A DNA stretch of 45,709 nt, taken from Octopus bimaculoides (Eukaryota). The number at the start of each line of letters is the position of its first letter. Position 1 is the first letter of the stretch. The notes beneath the pieces were generated by a model. It worked only from the letters and a program-made list of their open reading frames with translations, had not been told where the DNA came from and ran no database searches. Positions 1-11,616 of the stretch are shown here, one piece after another. A program made the translations under genes and the position numbers. Where the stretch lies: contig NC_069009.1 in NCBI RefSeq assembly GCF_001194135.2, forward strand, positions 6,763,821-6,809,529, written 5' to 3'.

Positions 1-210
1 AAAGTAGATGTAGGAGTTTTTAAATCAAAGCTGGACCTCTTCCTATCGAGAGTCCCAGATGAACCTACCTCGCGGCAGGAGGTGCAAATGAGGGTTGCTA
101 AATCAAACTCCATTCTTCACCAAGTGCCACATATTGTAAGAGGCTCCCTGTAATAACATTGTAGCAACACGGTGGTGCATCAGCATGGCCGCAGCTCTAA
201 GCTGAAACTT

Positions 211-215
<5 letters not shown>
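1..215 (+). mobile_element. 3' end of a CR1-type LINE (ORF2 C-terminus, short 3' UTR and tail)
   Basis: Frame 1 reads KVDVGVFKSKLDLFLSRVPDEPTSRQEVQMRVAKSNSILHQVPHIVRGSL* (stop 151-153). FKxKLDxFLxxVPDEP...SNS is typical of CR1-group ORF2 C-termini. The tail GGTGGTGCATCAGCATGGCCGCAG..CTGAAAC is followed by (TA)n. Confidence 0.75.
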
Positions 216-242
<27 letters not shown>

Positions 243-246
<4 letters not shown>

Positions 247-410
247 CATATTCATTCGACTGAGGTCATGCTGGTGTACTTGCTTCAATAATTCGTAGTC
301 GGATGAATCGACCCCTTTACTTTTTTTTCACCTGGTACTTGTATTGGTCTCTTTACACCGAACCGCTAGTTTACGGGGAAATAAACCCAAAGGCACACAC
401 ACACACATGT
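243..410 (-). mobile_element. SINE family B, diverged 3' half
   Basis: The reverse complement resembles the ...CCCCGTAAC..AGCGGTTCGG...GGGGTCGA...CCAGCATG.CC.CAGTC 3' half of the copy at 39793-40165. Confidence 0.6.
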
Positions 411-445
411 TGATGGATAATACACGACGGGCTTATATATACACT

Positions 446-659
446 AGAAGGAGTACTGAAAAGTTCCTGGCTTTAAGAGTATCGCTAAACGCCTGGCTGG
501 AGGCCCAACCATCCGAGCTCTTTTACAAGGCTTAGAAAAACTGAAGGACTGCTGTAATAAGTGTGTGAATCCTAGAGGGGAACATGTTGGATAAAATAAT
601 TAACTGTTCTTCCTGTATTTCCTTTAATCCAAAACCAGGAACTTTCCAGCATCTCTCGT
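446..659 (+). mobile_element. Mariner-derived MITE keeping only the transposase C-terminus
   Basis: Imperfect TIRs: GTACTGAAAAGTTCCTGGCTTT (left) against the reverse complement of AAAACCAGGAACTTTCCAGCAT (right). The interior translates, with a frameshift, as WLEAQPSELFYK.LEKLKDCCNKCVNPRGEHVG*, like mariner C-termini (F..GI.KL..RW.KC....G.Y.E). Confidence 0.7.
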
Positions 660-849
660 CGAAGGATAAATTGTTATACCAATATTCATAAAGCTTTCTC
701 TAAGAACAATATCATTTGCCAAAAACACACTATGATGAAAATCTAGGCGAAGCTGAACGCCGCTTCTACAAATATGAGCTCAGTGATTGAGTAGCAATTC
801 TTAACCAGCACGATATAAGTGACCCAACAATGCAACAGGGTAACCACAA

Positions 850-1120
850 GGCGCGTGGCCAAGTTGTTAGGTTGTTGCACTCACGATCGACGGTTCGATT
901 CCCAGCTCAGGCGGCATGGCATTGTGTTCTCGAGCAAAACACTTCATTTCACGTTGCTCCAGACTACTATCGAACAGGGTGGGCACAACGTTGGCCTGCA
1001 CGCCTGCACGCTAAGCCAGCGAGAGTGACGTCATTGGAAGGCTAAAACGGTACAAAGCGCATCGGGACCAGCAATGTGTAGCAACGTCCGATGGTCTTAT
1101 CGGTCACGTAATCACATGAT
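850..1120 (+). mobile_element. SINE family C (tRNA-like head, CORE/V-like centre), tail type 1
   Basis: Head GGCGCGTGGCCAAGTTGTTAGG, B-box-like GGTTCGATTCC (~893-903) and centre TTGTGTTCTCGAGCAAAACACTT. The tail is shared with 5915-6203. Confidence 0.7.
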
Positions 1121-1409
1121 CGTAATTGACCCCTAGGGGTAGATGTATCGTTTGTTTCATATCCGTGTACTATTAACTCTGATCACTGCTATTTCTATTA
1201 TTTCGCTGTTAATTTAACCTTCAACACTGCTATTTTAACACTACACCAAGAGACAATAATTTTATCATAATTCTTATTGTTTTTACGACTGGAGTGATGC
1301 CAGGAGCGCGTTTATCTCGACCGGTTGGCCAGTCAGGTTGCTGGAAAGTCAACCTTCCGTTTCTGTGATCGCGGAGAATAAGAACGATAACGGCGGCTTC
1401 GGAGAGCGT

Positions 1410-2520
1410 GCGTATGTATGTATGTATGTATGTATGTATGTATGTATGTATGTATGCATGTGTATATATGTATGTATGTGTGTATGTATGTATGCATGTG
1501 TATATGTATGTGTGTATGCATGTATGTATGTATGTATGTATGCATGTGTATATGTATGTATGTATGTGTGTATGTATGTATGCATGTATGTGTGTATGTA
1601 TGTATGTATGTGTGTATGTATGTATGCATGTATGTATGTATGCATGTATGTATGTGTATATGTATGTGTGTATGTATGTATGTATGTCTGTATGNNNNNN
1701 NNNNNNNNNNNNNNNNNNNNNNNNNNNNNNNNNNNNNNNNNNNNNNNNNNNNNNNNNNNNNNNNNNNNNNNNNNNNNNNNNNNNNNNNNNNNNNGTACGC
1801 ATGTATGTATGTATGTATGTATTATGTATGTGTGTGTGTATGTATGTAAGTATGTATGTATGTGTGTGTGTCTGTGTTTGTATCCAAGTATGTATGTATG
1901 GATGTATGTATGTATGCATGTATGAATGTATGTGCGTATGCATGTATGTATGTATGTATATATGTGCGTATGTATGTATGCATGTATGTATGCATGTGTG
2001 TATGTATATATGTGCGTATGTATGTATATATTACGTATGTATGTATGTGTGTATATGTATATAAATATCTGTATGTATGTATGTATGTGTGTATGTATAT
2101 TTGTATGTATATGTGTGTATGTATGTGTGTCTGTGCATGAGTATGTGTATATATGTATACATGTATGCATTATGTATGTATGTATCATCAAATATATACA
2201 TGGGTGTGCACGTGTATGTTTCTATCATAATGTATGCGCGTGAATATATACATATATATATAAACAGATATAAACATATATAAATGTGTTTACGTGTGTG
2301 CATGTGTGTCTATGCGTATATATATTTATGCGTGCATATGTGCATGTATAAATGTAAGTTTACACACATAGGTGTGTGTGTATTTATGTTGCTGCATTTA
2401 GAAATGTGTACTTCCATACATACATATATACATGCACTTACCCCCACATGAATACACATGAAAAAAAATATATATAATATTAGAAAAAAATAAATATGTG
2501 TATATATAATACGAATATAT
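1410..2520. repeat. Degenerate (ATGT)n/(TG)n/(TA)n microsatellite field with a 100-N gap
   Basis: Read directly from the sequence; gap at 1695-1794. Confidence 0.95.
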
Positions 2521-3746
2521 CATATATTCATGGCTACGACCCAATATTGCAATAGCCGTATGGCTCAAATTTTTAAGATAGATAGATAGAACGATGGACG
2601 CAGACGTACACGCACAAATTTATGAATGTATATATTTATGTATCTATATATATGTGCGTGAGTGAGTGTGTGTGTGTGTGTATACACACACATTATATAT
2701 ATATNNNNNNNNNNNNNNNNNNNNNNNNNNNNNNNNNNNNNNNNNNNNNNNNNNNNNNNNNNNNNNNNNNNNNNNNNNNNNNNNNNNNNNNNNNNNNNNN
2801 NNNNNNNNNNNNNNNNNNNNNNNNNNNNNNNNNNNNNNNNNNNNNNNNNNNNNNNNNNNNNNNNNNNNNNNNNNNNNNNNNNNNNNNNNNNNNNNNNNNN
2901 NNNNNNNNNNNNNNNNNNNNNNNNNNNNNNNNNNNNNNNNNNNNNNNNNNNNNNNNNNNNNNNNNNNNNNNNNNNNNNNNNNNNNNNNNNNNNNNNNNNN
3001 NNNNNNNNNNNNNNNNNNNNNNNNNNNNNNNNNNNNNNNNNNNNNNNNNNNNNNNNNNNNNNNNNNNNNNNNNNNNNNNNNNNNNNNNNNNNNNNNNNNN
3101 NNNNNNNNNNNNNNNNNNNNNNNNNNNNNNNNNNNNNNNNNNNNNNNNNNNNNNNNNNNNNNNNNNNNNNNNNNNNNNNNNNNNNNNNNNNNNNNNNNNN
3201 NNNNNNNNNNNNNNNNNNNNNNNNNNNNNNNNNNNNNNNNNNNNNNNNNNNNNNNNNNNNNNNNNNNNNNNNNNNNNNNNNNNNNNNNNNNNNNNNNNNN
3301 NNNNNNNNNNNNNNNNNNNNNNNNNNNNNNNNNNNNNNNNNNNNNNNNNNNNNNNNNNNNNNNNNNNNNNNNNNNNNNNNNNNNNNNNNNNNNNNNNNNN
3401 NNNNNNNNNNNNNNNNNNNNNNNNNNNNNNNNNNNNNNNNNNNNNNNNNNNNNNNNNNNNNNNNNNNNNNNNNNNNNNNNNNNNNNNNNNNNNNNNNNNN
3501 NNNNNNNNNNNNNNNNNNNNNNNNNNNNNNNNNNNNNNNNNNNNNNNNNNNNNNNNNNNNNNNNNNNNNNNNNNNNNNNNNNNNTATAAAGACCTTTTTT
3601 GTTGAATATGTGTTTGTCTCTCAGTCTGAATGTCTGTGTGTCTGTCTGCATTCTATCTCTCTGTCTCTATATATATCTATGCCTCTCCCTATGTATGTAT
3701 GCCTGTATATCTGTATCTATGTGTGTAGGCATACTCACACACACAC

Positions 3747-3789
<43 letters not shown>

Positions 3790-3849
3790 TATACATTCAT
3801 ATATATATTATATACATATACGCGTTCATATTATGCACAGATTGTTGTT

Positions 3850-3886
<37 letters not shown>

Positions 3887-3891
<5 letters not shown>

Positions 3892-3960
3892 TAGTTTTAT
3901 TTTTATAACGTGCTTTCACTTCACTACCGAGCGCAGCTCTGTGTGCCTGGGGTATGTGCT
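3887..3960 (-). mobile_element. R4/Dong-type LINE 3' UTR tip
   Basis: Reverse complement of the ...GGCACACAGAGCTGCGCTCGGTAGTGAAGTGAAAGCACG...ACTACTGAA tail seen at ~9140-9205; flanked by (ATT)n on both sides. Confidence 0.75.
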
Positions 3961-4008
3961 TATTATTATTATTATTACTATTATTATTATTATTATTATC
4001 GCTATTAA

Positions 4009-4221
4009 GGAGGGGAGCTGGCAGAATCGTTAGCACGCTGGACGAAATGCTTAGAGGTATTTCGCCCGTCGCTACGTCCTGAGTTCAAATTCCGCCGAGG
4101 TCGACTTTGCCTTTCATCCTTTCGGGGTTCGATAAATTAAGTACAAGTTGAACACTGAGGTCAATGTAACTAACTTGTTTCCACTTCCGAAATTGCTGGC
4201 CTTGTGCCAAACTTTGAAACG
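4009..4221 (+). mobile_element. SINE family A, near full length
   Basis: A-box-like TGGCAGAATCG (4020-4030), B-box-like GTTCAAATTCC (4083-4093), centre GTCGACTTTGCCTTTCATCCTTTCGGGG and tail GGCCTTGTGCCAAACTTTGAAACG. Several homologous copies occur in the window. Confidence 0.85.
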
Positions 4222-4224
4222 ATT

Positions 4225-4249
4225 ATTATTTTCATTATTATTATTGTGC

Positions 4250-4280
<31 letters not shown>

Positions 4281-5135
4281 GTGGTCATCATCCCCATCAT
4301 CATCCTCATCGTCGTCGTCGTCATTATAATCATCATGGTCTCCATCATCATCATCATAAACATCCGTGTCATCATCATCATCATCATTATCATCCTCGTC
4401 ACCGTCATCATCTTCGTCATCAGCATCACTGTCATCATCATCATTATCATCATCCTCATCATAATCATCATCACCATCATGGCTGCTGTCCAATGACTGT
4501 AACAAATACAAGATATAAGGTAAAAAAAAAAAAAATTTTTTAAATGCATTTTGCTAAACTCTTGCAGACGACTCCTTTCTTCGTCGCCATCTTTTTAATT
4601 TGGACGCCATTGAAACGGCGCTCGTTTCGCAAATGAAGGTCACCTTCTTTGTCGCAGACGAGGGAAAAGATCAGAAAAAATTCTCTTCATGAAAGTTGTC
4701 AGCATTGCAGATTCATTCCATTCATCCTGTAATCCGGTGAAGCTTGTGGTGGTGGTGGTGGTGGTTTTGGTAACATTAGTGATTATTATTCAAATGATAA
4801 TGATGATGACGATGATGATGGTGATGACGATGATGATAAAGATGATGAAGGTGGTGGTGGTGATGATGTTAGCGATGATTATGACAATAATGATAATGAT
4901 GGTGGCGATGATGATGATAATGATGTTGGTGTTCGTAGTGCGGATGCTAGTGTTGTTGTGGGTGTCGTTCTCACGATGATGATGATGGTGATAATGGTTA
5001 TGATGCTGATGACGGTAAATATATTGGATGTTGTTATGGCAGTAATGATGATGATGATGATGATGATGTTGATGATAATGCTGGTCGTTTTTCTGATGAT
5101 CCTGAAGATGGTGATGATGATGATGATGACTACCG
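4225..5135. repeat. Trinucleotide fields: (CAT)n at 4245-4495 and (GAT/GGT)n at 4745-5135 around a unique core
   Basis: Read directly from the sequence. Confidence 0.9.
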
Positions 5136-5694
5136 TTTGTCTGTAACTCGTAGCCTTAGCAAGAGACAAAGCCAGATTTCCTCATTCGTTGCAGACATCT
5201 ATAATTGCAGAATCGTTTTCCAATTGACAAAAAAAGTTACACATGTGTGTATTTATAGATATTATTGCTGTTGCCGCTATTGTCCTACTAACCAAACGTG
5301 TCGTTGAAATTGTTCATATTAGTGTAGTTGTGTATAGAAGTGTCAAATACTTTTTTAATAACTTATATTTTACTGAAAAATATTATTGTTAGTTGTATAG
5401 AAAAATAAGAAGAGATAAATTTTGTCTAAACACAGATATCTCTTTTGCCGGATCCTCGTTTGGGCAGACGTCCAGATTATACAAAAACTCCTGTGATGAA
5501 GAGAAAATAAATAAATAAATAGATAAAAAATAAATTAATCTTCCATGCAATTTCACTTGGGAATATTCCAGAATCTATAAAAGAGATATGAAAACACGTC
5601 TGAGCAAGTCAGCAGTCGATAACAAGCATGATGGCCATGATGACGAAGAGAAGGATGACGTCGACGACGACGACAACAACAACAATGATGTTGA

Positions 5695-5726
<32 letters not shown>

Positions 5727-5914
5727 ATAGTGATGGTGGTGGGGTTTTATACTTAAGGCATAAGGCCAGCAAATTTGAGGAGATGAGCTGGTCAATTCTT
5801 TCGTCCCCAGTACTCGACTGGTTCTATCTCTCATTAGCCCCCGGACGTGGGAGAAAGGCGAAGCAAGAGTTGAACTCCGAACGTGAATAGTTAGAACAGA
5901 TACACTAGCTATAA

Positions 5915-6203
5915 TAACCACATGATCACATGATCGCAAGATGGACCAAGCTGTCGGATGTTGTTATACATCGCTGGCCACAATGCGCTTTGCACAGTTT
6001 TAGCTTTCAAACAGTGTCACCTCGCTGGCTGGATGAGCAGGTCAGCAATATCCACAATCGGACGTTAATCCGTCGCAGTTGTAGCCATTTTTTCAGCAGA
6101 GTGGACTAAAAACAACAGGGCGTCTTGCTCAAGAAAACAAACGTCACTCGGTCTGAAAACCGAACCCACGATCTATCGGTCGTGAATGCAACACTCTAAC
6201 CAC
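5915..6203 (-). mobile_element. SINE family C, tail type 1
   Basis: The reverse complement carries GTGGTTAGAGTGTTGC..GGTTCGGTTTTC, centre TTCTTGAGCAAGAC and the same tail as 1030-1120 (AAGCTAAAAC..CAAAGCGCAT..CCAGCGATGT..AACAACATCCGA). Confidence 0.65.
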
Positions 6204-6213
6204 AATAATAATA

Positions 6214-7080
6214 ATACCCAAGGAGAGCTAATAATGCCGATGTTGACAGAGCCCTTACCTATCAATGGCTAATGGCTACTGGTTTAAAATTAAAAACAGA
6301 AGGGTTTTATCATAGCAGCCCAAGATCAATATTAAGGAACGGCAGCTTCACAACATGTCGTGTATGTCAACAACAAAATGAAACCATTGATCATGTGTCC
6401 TACAGAATATCTCAACAAGCATGATAGAGCTGCACAATATATTCACTAGGTAATTTGCAAAATCTGGACTTGCCCCATGATAAAAACTGGTGGGAATACA
6501 AACCACCTCCAGTACTTGAAAATGGTCACACCTCACTCCTCTGGAATTTCACCATTCAAACTGACAGAAAGATAGACGCAAATAGGCCAGACATCATACT
6601 GAAAGACTTCAGACAAAAATCATGCCTCATTGATATACTGTCCCAATCGATATAAACGTATCTGTCAAGACCTATCAAAAATTGTGCAAATATAAAGATC
6701 TTGAAATAGAAATTAGTAAAATGTGAAACCTCGAGACTAAAACAATACCTGTTGTCATAGGTGCCCTAGGAATGATAGCAAAGGGGCTGATTGCTACCTA
6801 GCTCAGATACCAGGAAAGCCCAAAATGGTAGAAATTCAAAAGATAGTGCTCATGGGAACTATCCATATCCTAAATAAAATACTGTCTATGTAATCTCAAA
6901 TTTTAAAACGAACTTATAATTTTCTTGTTTTCTTAAACATTCTCTAGAACAAACTCTGTGCAAGACCAAATATATGACACCCTGGGCATAACACCAACAT
7001 GAACTTCTTGTCTCTTGAGGTCTCTGTGTGAGACTTGGAGCAAACTTGTAGAAATACAAAGCAAACGTCAAACATAAAAT
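6214..7080 (+). mobile_element. R4/Dong-clade LINE, 3' portion (CCHC knuckle and restriction-like endonuclease), pseudogenised
   Basis: With frameshifts it reads TEGFIIAAQDQ..CRVCQQQNETIDHV..HDRAAQYIH..LLWNFTIQTDRKIDANRPDIILKD..KYKDLEIEI..TIPVVIGALG..IQKIVLMGTIHIL; stop 6891-6893. The 3' UTR ends in (TAA)n. The RPD motif and CCHC are diagnostic of RLE-type LINEs. Confidence 0.9.
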
Positions 7081-7087
7081 AATAATG

Positions 7088-7137
<50 letters not shown>
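7078..7137. repeat. (AAT)n microsatellite
   Basis: Read directly; lies between two R4/Dong fragments. Confidence 0.95.
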
Positions 7138-7139
7138 TT

Positions 7140-7997
7140 TTTAGATGAAAATGGTGTTCATCTTAGGGGATACCGACAACGTATGTATGGTGAACGGAGA
7201 GAAAGAGGATTGTTTCAACTCACGGAACAGAGATTATGTGATCAAGCTAGAGCAATAGGAAAAAATCGTTGGTTCACAGAAGTAGAGCTCGNNNNNNNNN
7301 NAAAAAATCGTTGGTTCACAGAAGTAGAGCTCGAAGCCATTAAAAGGATGGGTATTGGAAAACAACAGCAGATGAAACGATGAAAATACAGTTCCTAATG
7401 ATAAAAGTAATCTCATAGCAGAAAACAGAGATGAAATCTTTAATAAACCACAGGAAAGGAACGGTGTTAGCTGGTTCGATGAGAGACGTAGAGATGTTTT
7501 GGAAGAAGATAATAAAACTAATGGTGACATGGCAGATGGGCAAAAGGCAATCTACGACAGAATAAAGGCAAGTCTACGGGAGAACGATAGCGACATTATT
7601 TGCAACCTTAAAAAGGTTGATCGGTGGAAATTGAACCAAGAAACGAAAAGTGTGAATGAAATTCTGAAATACATCAGAACAAGAAACAGCACAGAAACAA
7701 ACACTTCGATCAAGTCAGCAAGTATTGTTGTAGCAGAAAATGTGGGTGTTGATGTCAAGAAAAAGTAATATAATGGGATTGACAAAAGAAAAATCCATGG
7801 TGGAAAAGAAGAATACAGGCAGGGTTAGATATGCTCTCGAAGGACATTTCTGTGTTAGACTGAAAAGAGAAAGGGGGAGCTTAAAAGTGAACAAAAGTAC
7901 AGGGTACTGAACAGGAAGTATGATATTGAAAGAAAGGGCCTGAAAGTGGTAATGCAGGAACTGAAACAGCGCATCGTTGCAAAGACAGCAAAGATTC
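7140..7997 (+). mobile_element. R4/Dong-clade LINE, N-terminal ORF fragment
   Basis: Reads [94 protein letters not shown]. EQRLxDQARxI and WWKRR are N-terminal motifs I recall from Dong/R4 ORFs. It ends abruptly in (TAA)n. Confidence 0.8.
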
Positions 7998-8040
<43 letters not shown>

Positions 8041-8680
8041 CATTCATTCATTTCTTAGCCACAAAGGCTCTTATACAATAATATTAAAGAACAAGCAACA
8101 ACATAAAAGAAAAAAATGGGAGGATACAATGGGTTTTCCGCGTCTAAACAATATAAATAACAATTAAAACTCTTAATTAGGGAGGTGCTTTAAGGTCCTC
8201 GTGGAAAAAATCACAAAAGCCACGGATGCCTGAGCCCTTCATTTCCCTTTTTACAGGTGTATGCTCAGCATTGGTCCTTTCACACTGGCAATTCTTCCAA
8301 CATTCACCTACCTTTCAACAAACTTGCTACAAAGCAACACTTCCCTCAGCACCCACAACTTCCTTTTCAAGTGAAACCTGAAAAAGTTGATAAGGGCTTG
8401 GCCAGAGAGGAAAGTGTCTGTCTTTAGCCCTTTCAAACGGATCCACCATACTACTTCTTTCGCTACAGCCACTAGACAAATAAAAATTGCCTGCTCCTCC
8501 CGGCCAAAAGAGGGCAGAGGGGCAATCTTCACAATGGATTCAGCTGATAGCCATATCCGTCCTACTCGCAACAGCAGGTGTTCGACATAAACCCACAGGT
8601 CAGCAATACTCGGGCACTGGACTAGGGCGTGCAGAACGGTTTCATCGTTCTGGGCGCACCTCGGGCAGACCCGGCTGACA
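8041..8680 (-). mobile_element. L1/Tx1-clade LINE 3' end (zinc-knuckle domain and 3' UTR), 5'-truncated
   Basis: The minus frame reads SRVCPRCAQNDETVLHALVQCPSIADLWVYVE..AKEVVWWIR..FHLKRKL..FVER*VNVGRIASVKGPMLSIHL* (CxxC..ET..H...C; internal W>stop; terminal stop 8251-8253). The 3' UTR ends in (AATG)n. Confidence 0.85.
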
Positions 8681-8687
8681 ACAACAC

Positions 8688-8718
<31 letters not shown>

Positions 8719-8745
8719 AATAATAATAATAATAATAATAATAAT

Positions 8746-8930
8746 CCTTTCTACTATAGGCACAAGGCCGGAACATTTGGGGGAGGGGACTAGTCGATTA
8801 CATCGACCCCAGGGTTTCGCTGGTACTTGATATATCGACCCCCGAAAGGATGAAAGGCAAAGTTGACCTCGAAGGAATTTGAACTCAGAACGTAGCAACG
8901 GGCGAAATACCGCTTAGCATTCCGTCCGGC
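8746..8930 (-). mobile_element. SINE family A, 5'-truncated
   Basis: The reverse complement has GAGTTCAAATTCC, CTTTGCCTTTCATCCTTTCGGGG and tail GGCCTTGTGCCTATAGTAGAAAGG. Confidence 0.85.
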
Positions 8931-8947
8931 TGATTAATAATAATAAT

Positions 8948-9205
8948 ACAATTCCTATCATAGTAGGTGCCTTAGGTATAATAAAAAAATATTCAGACAA
9001 ATACATAACAAAAACACCAGGACTTACAAATATATATAACATACGGAAAATTGCACTACTGGGTACTGCACACATCATACGCAAAACACTTTCAATACAG
9101 TAAACATAAGAGCATCACAGCAAACCACAGCACATACCCAAGGCACATAGAGCTGCGCTCGGTAGTGAAGTGAAAGCACGCAATAAAAATAAGACTACTG
9201 AACAA
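8948..9205 (+). mobile_element. R4/Dong-clade LINE extreme 3' end (repeated at 9265-9500 across a 10-N gap, probably an assembly artefact)
   Basis: Reads TIPIIVGALGIIKKYSDKYITKTPGLTNIYNIRKIALLGTAHIIRKTLSIQ* (stop 9101-9103), homologous to the C-terminus at ~6740-6893. Confidence 0.85.
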
Positions 9206-9499
9206 TAATAATGATGATGATGATGGTGATGATTATGATGATGGTGATGATTATNNNNNNNNNNGTGCCTTAGGTATAATAAAAAAATATTCAGACAAAT
9301 ACATAACAAAAACACCAGGACTTACAAATATATATAACATACGGAAAATTGCACTACTGGGTACTGCACACATCATACGCAAAACACTTTCAATACAGTA
9401 AACATAAGAGCATCACAGCAAACCACAGCACATACCCAAGGCACACAGAGCTGCGCTCGGTAGTGAAGTGAAAGCACGCAATAAAAATAAGACTACTGA

Positions 9500-10937
9500 A
9501 CAATAATAATGATGATGATGATGGTGATGATTATGATGATGGTGATGATTATGATGATGTTGATGATGATGATGATGATGTCGATGATCGTAATTATAGA
9601 AATTAGAAGAGACGAAATAATGGTTATGCGGGTAATAACGATCTGGATAATAGCAAAAGTGAAGGTGAGAAAGATAACAATGATATTTATGATAATAATA
9701 ATAATGGCTGTAGAGGTAATGATCCTAATGAGAGTAAATAGAGAGAAATAGAGGAGGAGGAGGGGTAGAGGGAAGAGGAGAAGGGGAGTGGGAAGGAGGA
9801 GAAGAAAATATGGCTGCCTGTCCAATGATATATGTATATATATATATGTGTGTGTATATATTGTTGGTGACGATGGCAGTGGTGGTGGTGGTGGTGGTNN
9901 NNNNNNNNNNNNNNNNNNNNNNNNNNNNNNNNNNNNNNNNNNNNNNNNNNNNNNNNNNNNNNNNNNNNNNNNNNNNNNNNNNNNNNNNNNNNNNNNNNNN
10001 NNNNNNNNNNNNNNNNNNNNNNNNNNNNNNNNNNNNNNNNNNNNNNNNNNNNNNNNNNNNNNNNNNNNNNNNNNNNNNNNNNNNNNNNNNNNNNNNNNNN
10101 NNNNNNNNNNNNNNNNNNNNNNNNNNNNNNNNNNNNNNNNNNNNNNNNNNNNNNNNNNNNNNNNNNNNNNNNNNNNNNNNNNNNNNNNNNNNNNNNNNNN
10201 NNNNNNNNNNNNNNNNNNNNNNNNNNNNNNNNNNNNNNNNNNNNNNNNNNNNNNNNNNNNNNNNNNNNNNNNNNNNNNNNNNNNNNNNNNNNNNNNNNNN
10301 NNNNNNNNNNNNNNNNNNNNNNNNNNNNNNNNNNNNNNNNNNNNNNNNNNNNNNNNNNNNNNNNNGGTGGTTTTGGTGATGGTGGATGTTGTGGTGGTGG
10401 TGGTCTTGGTGGTTGTTGTGGTTGAGGTTTTGGTGATGGTGGTGATAATGATGTTGATGGTGATGACGATGATGGCAATGGTGGTGATGGTGGTTGAGGC
10501 GGTATTTGTGGCGGTGGTGGTGGCAATAATACTTATGATGATGATGACGCTGACAACGATGGGGATGATGACGATGATGATGACGATGATGATGGTCGTG
10601 GTAATGATGACGATGATGATGATGATGATGATGATAGTGTGATGATGATGATAATAATAATAATAATAATAATCGTGACGATTAGTTTCTTGGCGGGGTG
10701 CTTCTGCTGCCGCTGCCAAAGCCGACACCGCCGACGGTGGAGACGGCGCTGATGAGGATAATGATGATAATCATAACGAAAATAATTATAACTTCTCGAC
10801 ATCATTAATCATAACAATAATAACATTAATAACACTAATATTAATTGATGTAATAATATTGAGATTGACGATGATGATAATAATAACAATATTACTACTA
10901 ATACTACTACTACTGCTACTACTACTACTACTACTAC

Positions 10938-10972
<35 letters not shown>

Positions 10973-11089
10973 GCAACGTTAATAATATTAATAATAATGA
11001 TTATAATAATTATAATAATAGTTCTGTCTGCGTTATTGCATATAAAGTAAACACTACACACACACACACTCACACACACACACACACAC

Positions 11090-11134
<45 letters not shown>

Positions 11135-11160
11135 GCACAAACACACACACAAACACATAT
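9500..11160. repeat. Compound microsatellite field (GAT/GGT/AAT/CTA)n, then (CA)n, with gap 9899-10365
   Basis: Read directly from the sequence. Confidence 0.95.
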
Positions 11161-11495
11161 CATTATTATTATTGGCTAAAAGCATGTAATACCAAACGCG
11201 TCTTGCGGAAGAGAAATTGTAAAACATGTGGCTATGCACGTACCCTCCCATATACATACATACATACATACATATGCATGCATACATACATTCACACATA
11301 CACACATGTATGTATACACACACATATACATACATATATACGTATATATATATGAAATATACATATATTTATTTAATAGAGGCTTACACTTGTTTCAGAT
11401 ATTCGTTTGTGTTCACGTTTCAACTTTATCGATCGATCGATGTTTCGACTAAAAATAGAGGGAACCACTATCACAATGAAATCAAATCAATTGTC

Positions 11496-11616
11496 ATATG
11501 TGTTCTCGGTTCAGTCCCACTGCGTAGCATCTTGAGTTAGTCTCTTCTATTGTGGCCTTTGGCCAACCAAAGCCTTGTGAGTAAATTTGGAACAGGGAAA
11601 CTTAAAGAAGCCCATC

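Noticed and set aside
732-800. ATGATGA...CTGA as a C/D-box snoRNA
   Set aside because: There is no terminal D box or terminal stem at a suitable distance.
1260-1410. Open frames in the unique segment (e.g. YDWSDARSAFISTGWPVRLLESQPSVSV...)
   Set aside because: I recognise no family, and the splice signals are weak or ambiguous.
4009-4100. tRNA genes at the SINE heads
   Set aside because: A- and B-box-like motifs are present, but there is no complete cloverleaf and each continues into a SINE body.
7261-7333. 31-bp direct repeat inside the Dong ORF
   Set aside because: Identical copies flank a 10-N gap, so this is an assembly overlap artefact.
8967-9552. 288-bp tandem duplication
   Set aside because: The copies are nearly identical (I saw one substitution) and are separated by exactly 10 N, the signature of unmerged overlapping contigs or alleles.
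10749-10800. CUGAUGA...GAAA as a hammerhead
   Set aside because: It arises from GAT-repeat context and has no credible stem I or stem III.
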